DNA of 63,837 nucleotides, counting the filler, from Octopus bimaculoides (lineage: Eukaryota), in the NCBI RefSeq assembly GCF_001194135.2. It is 4 parts of 4 records of this genome, joined end to end, with 100 filler letters (N's around TTAATTAATTAA, not from the genome) between each part and the next. Parts side by side here need not be neighbours in the genome. Positions count along the whole stretch, not along the records: positions 30,245 to 54,852 come from NC_068991.1; positions 54,953 to 62,603 come from NC_068997.1; 2 more parts are not named here. One strand, written 5' to 3'. Under the pieces are notes generated by a model that saw only the letters and a program-made list of their open reading frames with translations, was not told the DNA's origin and did not search any database. Shown piece by piece: positions 45,595-59,651 of this stretch (its first letter is position 1; the number at the start of each line of letters is the position of its first letter). The translations under genes and the position numbers were made by a program.

Positions 45595-48027
45595 NNNNNN
45601 NNNNNNNNNNNNNNNNNNNNNNNNNNNNNNNNNNNNNNNNNNNNNNNNNNNNNNNNNNNNNNNNNNNNNNNNNNNNNNNNNNNNNNNNNNNNNNNNNNNN
45701 NNNNNNNNNNNNNNNNNNNNNNNNNNNNNNNNNNNNNNNNNNNNNNNNNNNNNNNNNNNNNNNNNNNNNNNNNNNNNNNNNNNNNNNNNNNNNNNNNNNN
45801 NNNNNNNNNNNNNNNNNNNNNNNNNNNNNNNNNNNNNNNNNNNNNNNNNNNNNNNNNNNNNNNNNNNNNNNNNNNNNNNNNNNNNNNNNNNNNNNNNNNN
45901 NNNNNNNNNNNNNNNNNNNNNNNNNNNNNNNNNNNNNNNNNNNNNNNNNNNNNNNNNNNNNNNNNNNNNNNNNNNNNNNNNNNNNNNNTATATATATTAT
46001 CCGAAATAAAGAACACAACGCTATATATATCTACACCTCTAGAAAAATTTATATATATAACATCGCTACACGCACCATACACCCCATCCCCGCAGAGAAA
46101 CTACATTATTAATACAAATTTTCCCCACTTCAGGATGACATTTGCCGACTCCCCAACACACCTAACCAAGGGACATAACCCCTAGCAAAATCCTCTGAAA
46201 CTTTTTTCATTCCACCACCTTTTTACAACAGACGCCAAGCGGTCCTGCTAATCCACCACCGGCAGTGGAGAGCTGTTGCCATATTCCCTTCCATTTCGGT
46301 TACCTCTGATGAGCATATTTATATAATTGGCTTTGTTGCCTAACACCCCATTCTATTTTTTGCGCGAAACCGATTGGTAAGACCAGACGTGATTGATACT
46401 TAATACTATAAAATTCGGATCACACACACACACACACACAGATAGATAGATAGCTAGATAAGATAGATAGATAGATAGATAGATAGCTAACTGCAGTGTA
46501 ATTAAAACCGGAAATTGGAGTTTGTTGCGCGTATTCAATTATATGTTAATACTGTCAAATTTCGCTTCTCGACAAGTGATGTATACGCATTTCTATTTGT
46601 AAACTGGCTTTTTTAAAAACCGCTTTTAGATGAAAATTTTAAAAAAGAAGACGTTGCAATGGTGTCCCACTTAAAAAATCGACTAGTCATCTACGACGGA
46701 AGCTGAAAAGCTGCGTAAACCTACTGCATTCTTTTTGAGTGACATTAAGTTTACAGAGAACACAAAAGATCGAGACCGAATCAAAATGAAATTTAAATTT
46801 GACTTACAAATAATGAATATTGATACGAGTAATACTGAAATAAAATCTTTTTCAACATCAAAGTTAATTTTGTTTTTATCTGAGAAGCTTAGCAGAGAAC
46901 TCTTCAAATATTCACAGTCAAGGAACTATTTGTATGTCTATGTGTATGTAGGTATATGCATACATACATGTGTACACACACACACACACACATACATATT
47001 TGTATATATCATTACAGTTCAGATATAAGTTTTCGGTACCTAGCAAACCACCGAGAGATTTTCTATTTTGGTATATCCTGGCATAAACCAGAGATTAGAG
47101 TCAAAAGTCAATATAATCTATAAACTGTAAGCCAGATGTTGTTGACACGTTAAAAACAGCAACAACAACAAAAAACGAAACCAACAAAAATGAACCACAT
47201 TGTATATGAAAGTCTAAAATATTCAAGATCCTCTGTCAGATAATATTATTAATTCTACTTCAAACGTGGACTGAATAATAAAAATAAATATTTTATTTCA
47301 TTTTGTATTGTTTTGCTTTATTATATCACGAAATTTTTAATAATGCTTTTGTCCTTGGTTAGTGAAAAATAATCCAGATAGTTTAACTAAGATAAATCCG
47401 AACATAATTAGGCTAAAAGGGTCCGGGAACTGTGCACCTATCATACACTTGTAGCGAGCTCTTAGGTTGTATTATATGAAAATTAAAGACCATCTACCGA
47501 TGTGGTTCTTACTCTTTTTTGTCACACACTCTACTTCGATTTCAGCCCCCACCCCACAAAATAACTTTCAACCTTACAACGATCAAAGTTAATATAAATT
47601 TATTCCAGTCAGTTATTTTTCGAACGTCTAGTTATACACGTGCTTCTTTCCGACCCTCTGTTCCTATTTACTCCCCACCTTTTCTTCTTCGCTTGACCCT
47701 CCTCAGCGTATCTGACGAAAGACCAAACGTCAAAGTTTTACTCTTAACACTCTCTTCATAATCTTTTTCTTCAAGTGTCAAGCTAATATCTTTCAGTGTG
47801 AAGGCGGCGAGCTGGCAGAAACGTTAGAACGCCGGGCGAAATGCTTAGCGGTATTTCGTCTGCCGTTATGTTCTGAGTTCCGAAGTAATCCACTCCCCAG
47901 AAAAAATGTTGCAAGGTTCACTATACTGAAATCTAGATCTTGGGAAACAGATCTAACTGATAGATAAGAAAGTGTATCACGTCCCGAATGTGGCAATAAA
48001 TATTGTAGTTGTTTCCATCAAGTGAAA

Positions 48028-48840
48028 TATAGGGTGTTCAGGCTAAATTTGGTGATTTTTCCCCTCTCCTTTTTTCATGAACAGCTTGATGTGTTGGTGA
48101 ATAGTCAACGGCAATGAAGAGCTTAAAGATTAAAGTTGCAGTTAAGAAAATATTAGCTGAGACGGGGTACGGGAAGCTATCTGAATATTTGAAAAGAGTT
48201 ACCTGTATCATGATGATTCACGCCGGATGTCAAAATGCAGACATCATGACTGCAGCTCAATGCTCTATAAACACTGTAAAGGCTGTAAAACATGACACGG
48301 ACAGCTGCAACGGAGACTGCAAAGACATAGCTAGCAGAATAGGACACAGCAGGTGTTCTGTGTCCGCATATCGGATTTCATCCAACACAGCAGGACTAGG
48401 TAATGAAAGATCGAAGAAAGGGAATTCGAGATTTCGCTGGAGAGATGAGTGTTGGAGTCGCTAACATGAAGCTGACCCTGAATGAGGACCTTCGCTACCA
48501 TTCGTATCATTAGTATAGACAAATTCTGACAGCCAAGGTCAAGGCTTGACGACCTCCCTGCCCCAATTTCTGGCATCCTAATTCCCATGATAGTAATTCC
48601 ATGGGTTACTGTGTTGGGGCGCGGCTGAGAAAGGCACCAACCGCTCTTCTGCAACATCAAGGTCAAGCTTGTGGTCAAGATCAAGCAGGTGCTTGAAGAT
48701 CTTCCCAGGGATACAGTGAGAAACGCACGTTCCAGAGCCGTCTTGAGGTCGTGATGGAACCTGGGAGCAACTACTTTGAGTAAACTGTTATCTCTGAGCC
48801 TAGTTGATATTTTTTAATTTTATGAAACACTACAATGTAT
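48028..48840 (+). mobile_element. Internally deleted Tc1/mariner-superfamily transposon
   Basis: TATAGGGTGTTCAGGC terminus, an N-terminal HTH-like segment, and a decayed WPPNSPDxNPMDYxVW motif (FWHPNSHDSNSMGYCV) with a C-terminal ...GSNYFE*. The right end is uncertain. Confidence 0.7.
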
Positions 48841-49254
48841 ATTGTGGCCAGTTATGTTCCGTAACTCAACAATTCGACAAATAGAAATTAATAAAATAAG
48901 TACAAGATTAGAATAAATCAGCGTTGATTTGATAAACTAAATCCCTTGAAGATGGTGTCCTAAAATGACTCCAATGACCCAAACTAGCAAATGAGTGAAA
49001 ATGTTTACCGAATCGTTTTCGGTCCCAGAGCAGAAGCTAAACAATGAAAAGTTATGTATTTTGCCTGAGCTATGTACTTGATTTGGAAGTGGCTTAAGTG
49101 TAATGTGAATACTGTTGACGATAAACTGCCCTGTGTATTATATATGGTACACAGGACATATTTCCTCGGCGTCCTTTGTGTCATATATGATACATATTCC
49201 TAATTTATTTCAACCATTAGAGTAACTTGGAACTTACGATAGGAAAGTTTTACG

Positions 49255-49470
49255 CGCAGGAATGGCTGTGTGGTAAGTAGCTTGCTTACCAACCACATGG
49301 TTCCAGGTTCATTCCTACTGCGTGGCACCTTGGGCAAGTGTCTTCCACTATAGCCTCGGGCCGACCAAAGCCTCGTGAGTAGATTTGGTAGACGGAAACT
49401 GAAAGAAGCCCGTCGTATATATGTATATATATATATGTATGTGTGTGTCTGTGTTTGCCCCCCCCCCCNN
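49255..49470 (+). mobile_element. Family B SINE, 5' part
   Basis: GCGCAGGAATGGCTGTGTGGTAAGTAGCTTGC..GGTTCATTCC..CCTTGGGCAAGTGTCTT..GGTAGACGGAAACTGAAAGAAGCCCGTCG. The family is very abundant: about 300-450, 505-760, 945-1200, 4035-4225, 4820-5190, 13430-13600, 18535-18850, 24545-24675, 25170-25380, 26480-26660, 28587-28880, 33120-33520, 34670-35530, 36800-36990, 44600-44880, 52545-52700 and 53820-54455. Confidence 0.9.
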
Positions 49471-49887
49471 NNNNNNNNNNNNNNNNNNNNNNNNNNNNNN
49501 NNNNNNNNNNNNNNNNNNNNNNNNNNNNNNNNNNNNNNNNNNNNNNNNNNNNNNNNNNNNNNNNNNNNNNNNNNNNNNNNNNNNNNNNNNNNNNNNNNNN
49601 NNNNNNNNNNNNNNNNNNNNNNNNNNNNNNNNNNNNNNNNNNNNNNNNNNNNNNNNNNNNNNNNNNNNNNNNNNNNNNNNNNNNNNNNNNNNNNNNNNNN
49701 NNNNNNNNNNNNNNNNNNNNNNNNNNNNNNNNNNNNNNNNNNNNNNNNNNNNNNNNNNNNNNNNNNNNNNNNNNNNNNNNNNNNNNNNNNNNNNNNNNNN
49801 NNNNNNNNNNNNNNNNNNNNNNNNNNNNNNNNNNNNNNNNNNNNNNNNNNNNNNNNNNNNNNNNNNNNNNNNNNNNNNNNNNNNNNN

Positions 49888-49942
<55 letters not shown>

Positions 49943-50273
49943 AGAGAGAGAAAGAAGGAGAGGGAGACCGAGAGAGAAGTGAACGTGAAATAGTATACTG
50001 GAAAGAATTAGGAATGGAAAGGGAAAAGAAGAGAAAGGAGAAAGAGAAAAGAGATTGAATATGAAGAAGAGATGGGAAAAAATGAAAAAGAAAAAGGAAT
50101 GAAGCAATAACGGACTCTAAAAATGTAAGAGGAGAATATTAATGAGATAAAGAGTGGGTGGGATAAGAGAAGAAGAGTGTTGGGATTAAACAGAGTTTAA
50201 ATAAATAGGAGTTGGTTAAATTAAGAAATTTGAGTTGGAGCAAAGGAAGGAAACGAAAGTGAAGTAGAAACAG

Positions 50274-50323
<50 letters not shown>

Positions 50324-50354
50324 CTGACAGAGTGAAGGCTGAGATGAGAGAAAG

Positions 50355-50395
<41 letters not shown>

Positions 50396-50438
50396 AGCAG
50401 CCGTAGCAGTAGCAGCAGTAGTAGTATTAGTTGTAGTG

Positions 50439-50478
<40 letters not shown>

Positions 50479-50915
50479 AAGAAGAAGAAGAAGAAGAAGA
50501 TGCTACATTTGAAACTGGGATAGAAACTTTCCGCTCCATTGATTCCCTCACTTTCATATTTGCAATTCAATTCTCCATTTTCTGATTCTGTCAACAAATG
50601 ATGATGCAGCAGTTTATATCATGAATAGAAGAGGGCGAGTCTGCCATATTAATAAAGCTGCTGTTGGTTGATTGGTTGGTTGGTTTGTTGGTCAGTTGGT
50701 TCGAGCCCGATTTGAGCATAATTTTTCTTTCGTCTGATACTATGTGACATGACTGAAATTACTTTGGAGAGATTCACCTTTATGATTAGCGACTACAAAA
50801 GGAAGTGTTTTCTTTTCCAATATCAGCCTTTCGAATAAGTCAGGGACCCTCAGCCACTGGGCGACGGACCAACACTACACCGTGGATCATTTGTAATCGG
50901 GCCGCATAGAAAGAA

Positions 50916-52100
50916 TACGAAGGTCGACTGAAAAGTTAATAGGTTGAACAAGATACTCTCATGGAATATCACCAAATGAGGTTTATTTTTCAACATAATC
51001 CCCATTGCAGCCCACACACTTCTTCTATTAGTGTTGCAGTGCTTCGATCCCATTGATGAAAAAGCTTTCATTCTGTAGGTCAACGCCAGATATGACGCCA
51101 TCATTACTGTGATACTGGTTCCCAACCAAATAGTTTTTTTCAAATAGTCAGATGAAACCAAATCAAGAGAACACGGAAGGTGATCAACTAGTCCAAAGCC
51201 ACAACCACGCACAGCAGCCAGTGAAACTAAAGACTTACGTGCTGGAGCATTGTCATCATGAAACACAACCACTTTCATCGGTTTTCCTGGGCGTTTGGTC
51301 TTGGTAGCTTCTCGTAACTACCTCATCAAGCTGGAATGACACTTCCCATTGATGGTGTGACCCTTTTGAACATAGTCAATAAACACAATGCCTTTTGCAT
51401 CCCTAAAATCTGAAACTCTTTGTCTCTGGCTGAAATTGATGAAGCCAATACTTATCCTGGGTTACGAAACGTTCAAGGAAACCAGCTGGATCTGATTCAA
51501 ATAATGTTAGATTTTTTCCCGTGATGTGAAGAGCCTGCTGCGTTTTTGATCATGTGTCAGAAGACGTGGCACCCACCGAGTAGAAACCTTCAACATATCA
51601 AGTTCATTGCACAGATTATTCTCAATTCTCCCATGGGGTATGCTGATAGCATTGCTTATTTGATTTATAGGTCAATCGCCTGTCAGCCATCACCATGTGG
51701 TAAACACGATCAATGTTTTCCTCGGTGGTGGCAGTTGCAAGACGTCCAGACTTCGGGTCATCTTCAAGACTCTCCCTTCTCCTAAATTGTTTTCCACTTT
51801 AATGTTGTCGATAAAACTGGAGTGTCTTCCCCTAATGTAGCAATGATGTCAACATGAATGTCCTTATGAGCTAAACCCTTTTTCTGCAAGTACTTGATAA
51901 CATCATAAAACCAAATTTTGTCCATTTTCAACAGAAGTCGCCAATAGTTACTTTTGAAGTCTTATTTGAACAGTCAGTTTACCTGGAAAGAAACAATGCA
52001 GTTATTAATAAGAAAGGCTGAAATTTATGCATGCAAGACTTCACAGCTCTAGCATTATTCCTTTATATTCATCCTATGAACTTTCCAGCCAAACCTCGTG
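50916..52100 (-). mobile_element. Degenerate near-full-length mariner transposon
   Basis: TIRs TACGAAGGTCGACTGAAAAGTTAATAGG / CACGAGGTTTGGCTGGAAAGTTCATAGG. The minus-strand ATG at 51925 gives MDKIWFYDVIKYLQK..SGR..TTEENID..DRR, and the decayed HDNAPAH and HPPYSPDLAPSDY motifs read HDDNAPAR and HLPCSLDLVSSDY. Confidence 0.88.
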
Positions 52101-52984
52101 TGCATAATTCATCTATTACTACCTGTCATTCCCTTCATAACCACTGATACCAAATAACCCATTCACTTCGTCAACACTATTCAATTCGATGTCACTAACC
52201 ACTCCTCGTAAATATTTTAAATTTAATTTCTATTTCATTGACTACTACAGTTTGCTGGTTGTTTTTGCATTATACATGTAATATATGTAATAATTAAATT
52301 ATAAATTATGCACTGTATTGTGTCTTGCTATGCGTGTGATCCTCCCGATCTTGGAAAAGTTGTCTTGCATGAAACCAGTCACTGATGCAAAAAGAAAAAA
52401 AAATGTTGGGGTAAAAAAACGAATGATGAATATGTAAATTAATTAATGATTTACATGTTAATTAATAACCTTTACTTTCCTGCCTGAATACAGAGAACTG
52501 GATTAGGTTGAAACAATAATGTAAATTGTCGTACATACAGTTATGGCAGACGCAGCATAGGCAAATGGTTACGAAATTTGTTTCACAATCATGAGGTCCA
52601 ACGTTCGATTACACTGTGAGGTGTCTTGAGTCGGTGTCTTTCACCAGTGCCTCGAATCAATCGAAGCTTCGTGAGTGAAATTTAGTAGACGGAAACTGCG
52701 GAATCGTAACGGATGGATTGATCCTGTGTCAAATTGGTTCAACTTGAGAATTACGGAGGATATACATGTTTCTGAAACGCACAACCACTTACACGCTAAT
52801 TCAATTAACAAGTATAGGTAATTCAGTTAATTGAATAACTGAATACTTATCATAGAAACTGTCGGAGATCCATCTACTTATCTTTTCATAAAAACGAGTC
52901 CCCAGCGCAAGTCATCGTTCCTGTTCTCATGTAGCTTGATGCAGTGGGTCTCAAACGTTGGTCCATGGCGTACAAGTGTATCAA

Positions 52985-53445
52985 AGGGGGTACCTAAGTA
53001 CGCTACTTGGATATTTAGATGTTCTACACGGATATCTGGGAGCGGTGCGAGAGATCTTCTGGTGTGTTGCGAGTGATATATAGATGCGCTACAAAAATAT
53101 CTAGGTATGCTGCGAGAGATATCTAAGCGCTGTGCGAGGGATATTTAGGTGCGGTGCGAGAAATATCCAGGTGTGTTGTAAGGGATATCCTGTTGGGCTG
53201 TGATGAATATCTCGGTGCGTGACTAGAAAATCTAGGAGCGGTACGAAGAATATCTAGGTACGCTATAAGGTTATTTTGGTGTGGTGCGAGACATATCTAT
53301 GGCGTACGGTGCGAAGGATCTTGGTAGGCTGCGAGAGATATCTAGGTATGCTGCAAGGATATCTCAGAGCGGTGTAAAGGATATCTAGGTGCTGCGCAAG
53401 GATGTCAAGGTGCTAAGCGAGGAATATCTCGTGTTCTGCAGATTT
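52985..53445. repeat. Degenerate ~21-22-bp minisatellite (consensus about GATATCTAGGTGCGGTGCGAGA)
   Basis: Roughly 20 diverged units, each with a GATATCT(A/C)G core. Confidence 0.8.
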
Positions 53446-56400
53446 TTCAAAAGAATATCATCCAATGTTTTAGAAAACTAATACTGAGACTTGGAACTAA
53501 TACTAAAACTAATACTAAGACGTGGAAGGTCGATAGGAGCATTGTGAAATAACAAAGAAAGAATGCGGAGCTGTTTACAATGCGAGGAGAGAATTCTGGG
53601 GGCTCTGAGAAGTGTCACCGACTCTGGGAAGTTTCATGTTAGCGATAAAAAGAATCCTTTCCAGTGCTACCCAAGAGAATATTCCTTTCCTAGCAACTTA
53701 ACAGCAAGCAAATCACTTGAAAGACATGAAGAGGCCCTTGAAAGGACCTAGAATTAGGGGTATTATCGAGGTTTTGGGGATCATGACAGAGGGTGAAATG
53801 TATTGGATATATTCTTTTATTCTCTTACACGTTTCAGTCATTTGACTGTAGCCATGCTGGAGCACTGCCTTAAAGGGTTTTAGTCGAAGAAATCGACCCC
53901 AGGACGTATTCTTTATAAGCCTAGTACTTATTCAACCAGTCTCTTTGCCGAACCGCTAAGTTACGGGGACATAAACGCACCAACATCGGTTGTAAAATGA
54001 TGGTAGGGTGGGGGAGAAACACACACACATAAATATATATCGTTGCTATTATGTTAAACTGTCGTATGTCCAAACTTGGCCAAATGCGTGATTTTCAATG
54101 TTTATTTTTGCTTGTAATAGCCGGTTTTTTTTTTGGGGGGGGGGTCAAATTATTGTATCTCCAATTGCTTCAGATGCCAAGATATCAACAATTGTCAAAG
54201 TGTAGTACAAAGGTTTTGCTATGGAATAGTGAAACTATATTTTCGTTTTCTGAAAAAGCAACGTTTTGGACTTACAACACTTTTGCATAACAGCAACGAT
54301 ACACACACACACACACATGTGTTAGACGGGCTTTTTTCAGCTTCCGTCTTTCAAATCCGCTCACAAGACACCTGCCGAAGATGCCACGCAGTAGGACTGA
54401 ACCCGAAACCATGTGTTTGGGAAGCAAACTTATTACCACACATCCACACCTGCGCCTATAGTAAAACGTGTATAATGTGAAATTTATAGAGTAGCGTCTA
54501 TGTTGTTGAGAACTTCGCTCCACATTCGATCCCATAGGGCAGAATCTTGGACAATTGTCTTCTAATGCAGCCTCGGTTTGGCCAATACCTTCCGAGTAGA
54601 ATTTAGTTGGCAAGGGGGGGGGGTGTAAAATAAAGTACCAGTACTTGACTGGTACTTTATCTTATCGACACTGGAAGGATAAAAAGCAAAGCTGACCTCG
54701 GTGGGATTTGAGCTCAAACGATAAAGAGCTGGAAGAAATGCCGCAAGGAATTTTCTTTCTAATTCTCTAACGATTTTGAAGAAAGTGTAGTGTGTGTGTG
54801 TGTGTGTATGTGTGTGTGCATACTAGTGATTATAGTAGATGTTTAATAGTGGNNNNNNNNNNNNNNNNNNNNNNNNNNNNNNNNNNNNNNNNNNNNTTAA
54901 TTAATTAANNNNNNNNNNNNNNNNNNNNNNNNNNNNNNNNNNNNNNNNNNNNATATATATATATATATATACACACACACATACATAGGCGAACGAAATT
55001 CACTAAACAATGTTTTAGTTTGCCTGGGGCTATAGCACAAGATACTTGCCCAAATCACACAGTAGATCTTATTCAGGAATCACACGCTTGACTGCGCGAA
55101 TATATATGGCAGAAGACTAGCATCTTCCTTGAAACTCGAAGTACCTACGATTTTTAATCAAAGGAGCAGTCACAATAGAGTTCATGTGATAGAGGCACTG
55201 TAATTTTAATGTGGAAAAGGATCATGTCGATTCGGCAGCCTTGATGCATACATAAGTATACATATGTGACTGTGTTTGTATGTACTGTAAACCACATATG
55301 ATATTTTATATAATCTTGCCATTCAATGATCATTACAGGATATCTGGTATACTGTTTATGCTTAATATTCACAGGTAACAAAGTGCTATTTCTGGATAAT
55401 TCCACTTCAATTGTTTGCTAACGCTGCTTTTCAATTTTTAAATTGCAGCGTATTGAAGAAATTGTTCATCAGTTTACGAGGGGGCAAGTTTAATTTGGAT
55501 TGTGAATTAGGTAGACGGTTATTTGAAACATTTAGAGAGACCCCTTGTCAAGTGGTTAAGATTTCGATTATGAAGTGGAGTTTTCAAATCCCAGTTACAG
55601 TACTACGATTTGTTCTTAAGCAATGGACATAATCTCACGTTTCCTCAGTCTGCACAACTGGAAATGCACACCGGCAGTGAGATGGTGCACCTTTTTACCG
55701 CTCAAGCTATTACATCCAGCATATACCACTGCGATAAGGTGACGGGACCGAGAAGGAGGCATATGTGTCACTACATAGGCATTTAAATCATTTAGTGAAA
55801 TCTCGCACATGTTTCTAAGTCATAGTTTCTCACAAGTAGCAGCTGTATTGTAGTTTTCTGCAGGTGTCTGAAGTTTCCTATACCGTAACTACTTACTGCG
55901 CAGAGAAATCAGTCCATTAGAGCCCTGGTCACGAAAACATCGATATCACTGAAGCATAAAACTTTCTGTACCCTTGTCCAATTCTCCATAGACTTATCCA
56001 TAAGTGTGTATCAATCAGAATCGTGAAGGAAGCACATTGAAAGCTTACAACGTAATGTTATGCTCAACGTGCGCATTCCCATTTCCCGTTTGTTATATAA
56101 CCACACAAAATATGTGATTCAATATTTATGAAAGTGTTCTCAAATGAAACAAAGAAGACATCATATATATATGTGTATATATATATATATATATATTTAG
56201 ATATATAGATATATATNNNNNNNNNNNNNNNNNNNNNNNNNNNNNNNNNNNNNNNNNNNNNNNNNNNNNNNNNNNNNNNNNNNNNNNNNNNNNNNNNNNN
56301 NNNNNNNNNNNNNNNNNNNNNNNNNNNNNNNNNNNNNNNNNNNNNNNNNNNNNNNNNNNNNNNNNNNNNNNNNNNNNNNNNNNNNNNNNNNNNNNNNNNN

Positions 56401-59049
56401 NNNNNNNNNNNNNNNNNNNNNNNNNNNNNNNNNNNNNNNNNNNNNNNNNNNNNNNNNNNNNNNNNNNNNNNNNNNNNNNNNNNNNNNNNNNNNNNNNNNN
56501 NNNNNNNNNNNNNNNNNNNNNNNNNNNNNNNNNNNNNNNNNNNNNNNNNNNNNNNNNNNNNNNNNNNNNNNNNNNNNNNNNNNNNNNNNNNNNNNNNNNN
56601 NNNNNNNNNNNNNNNNNNNNNNNNNNNNNNNNNNNNNNNNNNNNNNNNNNNNNNNNNNNNNNNNNNNNNNNNNNNNNNNGGTCATTTTGATATAATGTAT
56701 TTCGCACTCTCTTTAATGCTAGCCATGGCTATATCAAAGAAATAACGTATCTATGTGTATTAGCTTGTCTTTTATCGCATTTCTTTTTTCGTCGCCATTT
56801 TGAGTTTTTCTAAATCAAGCATACCACATGGTGTAAAGAAAATTTTTCACCCACTTTCTTTTTTAAATATCCAAATAAAGTCTGACAAATGAAGAGAGTA
56901 ATCTACATTTCGATTTGCGAATAGTTAATTCATGAAACTTAAACTTTATAACTTAATGATTTGCAATATAATACAATGGGTGGTTTAGCGACAAAATACC
57001 ATAATATCCGTAGGCATAGCTGTGTAGTTAACAAGCGACATTTGCAACGACGCGGTTTCGAGTTCTCCCCACTCCCCCAACGAGGTAATTTGAGCAAGCG
57101 TTTTCTAATATATATATATTCCCGACTGATGAATGCATTGTGAGAGAATNNNNNNNNNNCTCATGGGGGAGTTCCAGAACAGCTATGGTCCAATGAAACA
57201 AGTTCGAGATTTTATAACATTATAACTTCAGCTATAGTTGCATAGTAACATAGTAGGAAGGCTTGACGAAAACCATAACATTATCGTATATGTGATGGAA
57301 ATTAAGACGTACAAATTGAGCAAAGTAATCAATGTTGCCTATCACCAAGAATTGAAACAGGACAGCCTGATTCGAACTACCATAATGTATCTGGTACTCT
57401 AAATTGGTTGGTTAGTCTAGCATAAAAGAGATGTTAAAACGATTATGAATGTAAATAAGAATTATTGCATATATGTATGTACGAATGATGAAATGAAACA
57501 GAAAGAGAAGCGAGAGGTGTGCATGGCAGTGTGACACGCGGAAAAGGGTTGAAATGAGAATGTGAGAACATGTATCGTGGTGCTAAAAGTAAAAATGGAG
57601 ACGGTAAGGAAGGAATGGAAAACTGGTGAGAAACATTTCAAATACATATGCGTGTGACACATACACGCATAAGTAAATGTGTGCAAATATGTATGTATAA
57701 TTCTGTCCATACGTGTGTGTGTGTGTATGTATTGATTTACGTATTGGACCAATGCATATATATATATGGTGTTAATGGAGAGATTGGGAAAAGGAGTTGT
57801 TTGAGACATATAGTTGTATGCAAGTAGGATAGATGTATGTATAAATACATCAATATAAGTGTAGTGACGATGACGAAAGTGACGGGGGGGGTGAGAGAAA
57901 ATTACAGCAAGAAGGGATAAATTTATGAAAATGGAAATGAATCTGATATACATACATATGTCCATATGTATATACAAATATATATATGTATATATATATG
58001 TATATATATATGTATATATATANNNNNNNNNNNNNNNNNNNNNNNNNNNNNNNNNNNNNNNNNNNNNNNNNNNNNNNNNNNNNNNNNNNNNNNNNNNNNN
58101 NNNNNNNNNNNNNNNNNNNNNNNNNNNNNNNNNNNNNNNNNNNNNNNNNNNNNNNNNNNNNNNNNNNNNNNNNNNNNNNNNNNNNNNNNNNNNNNNNNNN
58201 NNNNNNNNNNNNNNNNNNNNNNNNNNNNNNNNNNNNNNNNNNNNNNNNNNNNNNNNNNNNNNNNNNNNNNNNNNNNNNNNNNNNNNNNNNNNNNNNNNNN
58301 NNNNNNNNNNNNNNNNNNNNNNNNNNNNNNNNNNNNNNNNNNNNNNNNNNNNNNNNNNNNNNNNNNNNNNNNNNNNNNNNNNNNNNNNNNNNNNNNNNNN
58401 NNNNNNNNNNNNNNNNNNNNNNNNNNNNNNNNNNNNNNNNNNNNNNNNNNNNNNNNNNNNNNNNNNNNNNNNNNNNNNNNNNNNNNNNNNNNNNNNNNNN
58501 NNNNNNNNNNNNNNNNNNNNNNNNNNNNNNNNNNNNNNNNNNNNNNNNNNNNNNNNNNNNNNNNNNNNNNNNNNNNNNNNNNNNNNNNNNNNNNNNNNNN
58601 NNNNNNNNNNNNNNNNNNNNNNNNNNNNNNNNNNNNNNNNNNNNNNNNNNNNNNNNNNNNNNNNNNNNNNNNNNNNNNNNNNNNNNNNNNNNNNNNNNNN
58701 NNNNNNNNNNNNNNNNNNNNNNNNNNNNNNNNNNNNNNNNNNNNNNNNNNNNNNNNNNNNNNNNNNNNNNNNNNNNNNNNNNNNNNNNNNNNNNNNNNNN
58801 NNNNNNNNNNNNNNNNNNNNNNNNNNNNNNNNNNNNNNNNNNNNNNNNNNNNNNNNNNNNNNNNNNNNNNNNNNNNNNNNNNNNNNNNNNNNNNNNNNNN
58901 NNNNNNNNNNNATATGTATATACAAATATATATATGTATATATATATACATATATATATATATAGATTCGTACGTTTGAATGTAAAATGTATATAGTTAT
59001 CTGTGCATATTTGAGGATCTATAACTGCTCGTCTCTCTTTTCATCTATC

Positions 59050-59121
<72 letters not shown>

Positions 59122-59593
59122 AACACATATATGAATATGTATCTATTTTTCTCGACATCTTTCTCTTGTGTACTGTAGACCCGTTTATTGTACGTTAAGT
59201 TTACAACAAATCCATTCGAAAGCGTTGAAAATGCAATATAATAAGTCTGCTGGGGTTACATCAACACAATTGGTTTATTTAAATGATGTGATTCTGTTTA
59301 AGAGACAAAATACATATTGCCAACCATTGCACATAAATATGCATATGAGTGTGTGTCTACAAATGTATATATTCATACATGCATATGTGTTTATACTTGA
59401 GAATATATGCGTGTGTATGGAAGTATTTGTTTCTCTGCTTATATATACATGTGCGTACATACCGTAATATATACACAGACATATATATGAATCTATATAA
59501 GTGTACATGTATATATAAATGTGTGTGTGTGTTGATATACAACTATATTTATAGATACATATATATATATAAGCTAAATTTTACATATGTTTG

Positions 59594-59651
<58 letters not shown>

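Noticed and set aside
47705-47740. CTGACGA...AAACGTCAAAG hammerhead-like remnant
   Set aside because: Stem II and the G of GAAA are missing and stem I does not pair; at most a dead relic.
59170-59294. Minus-strand acceptor at about 59294 as the next exon of the 61-kb gene
   Set aside because: All three frames hit stops within about 40 nt, and joining to TG| would create TGA.
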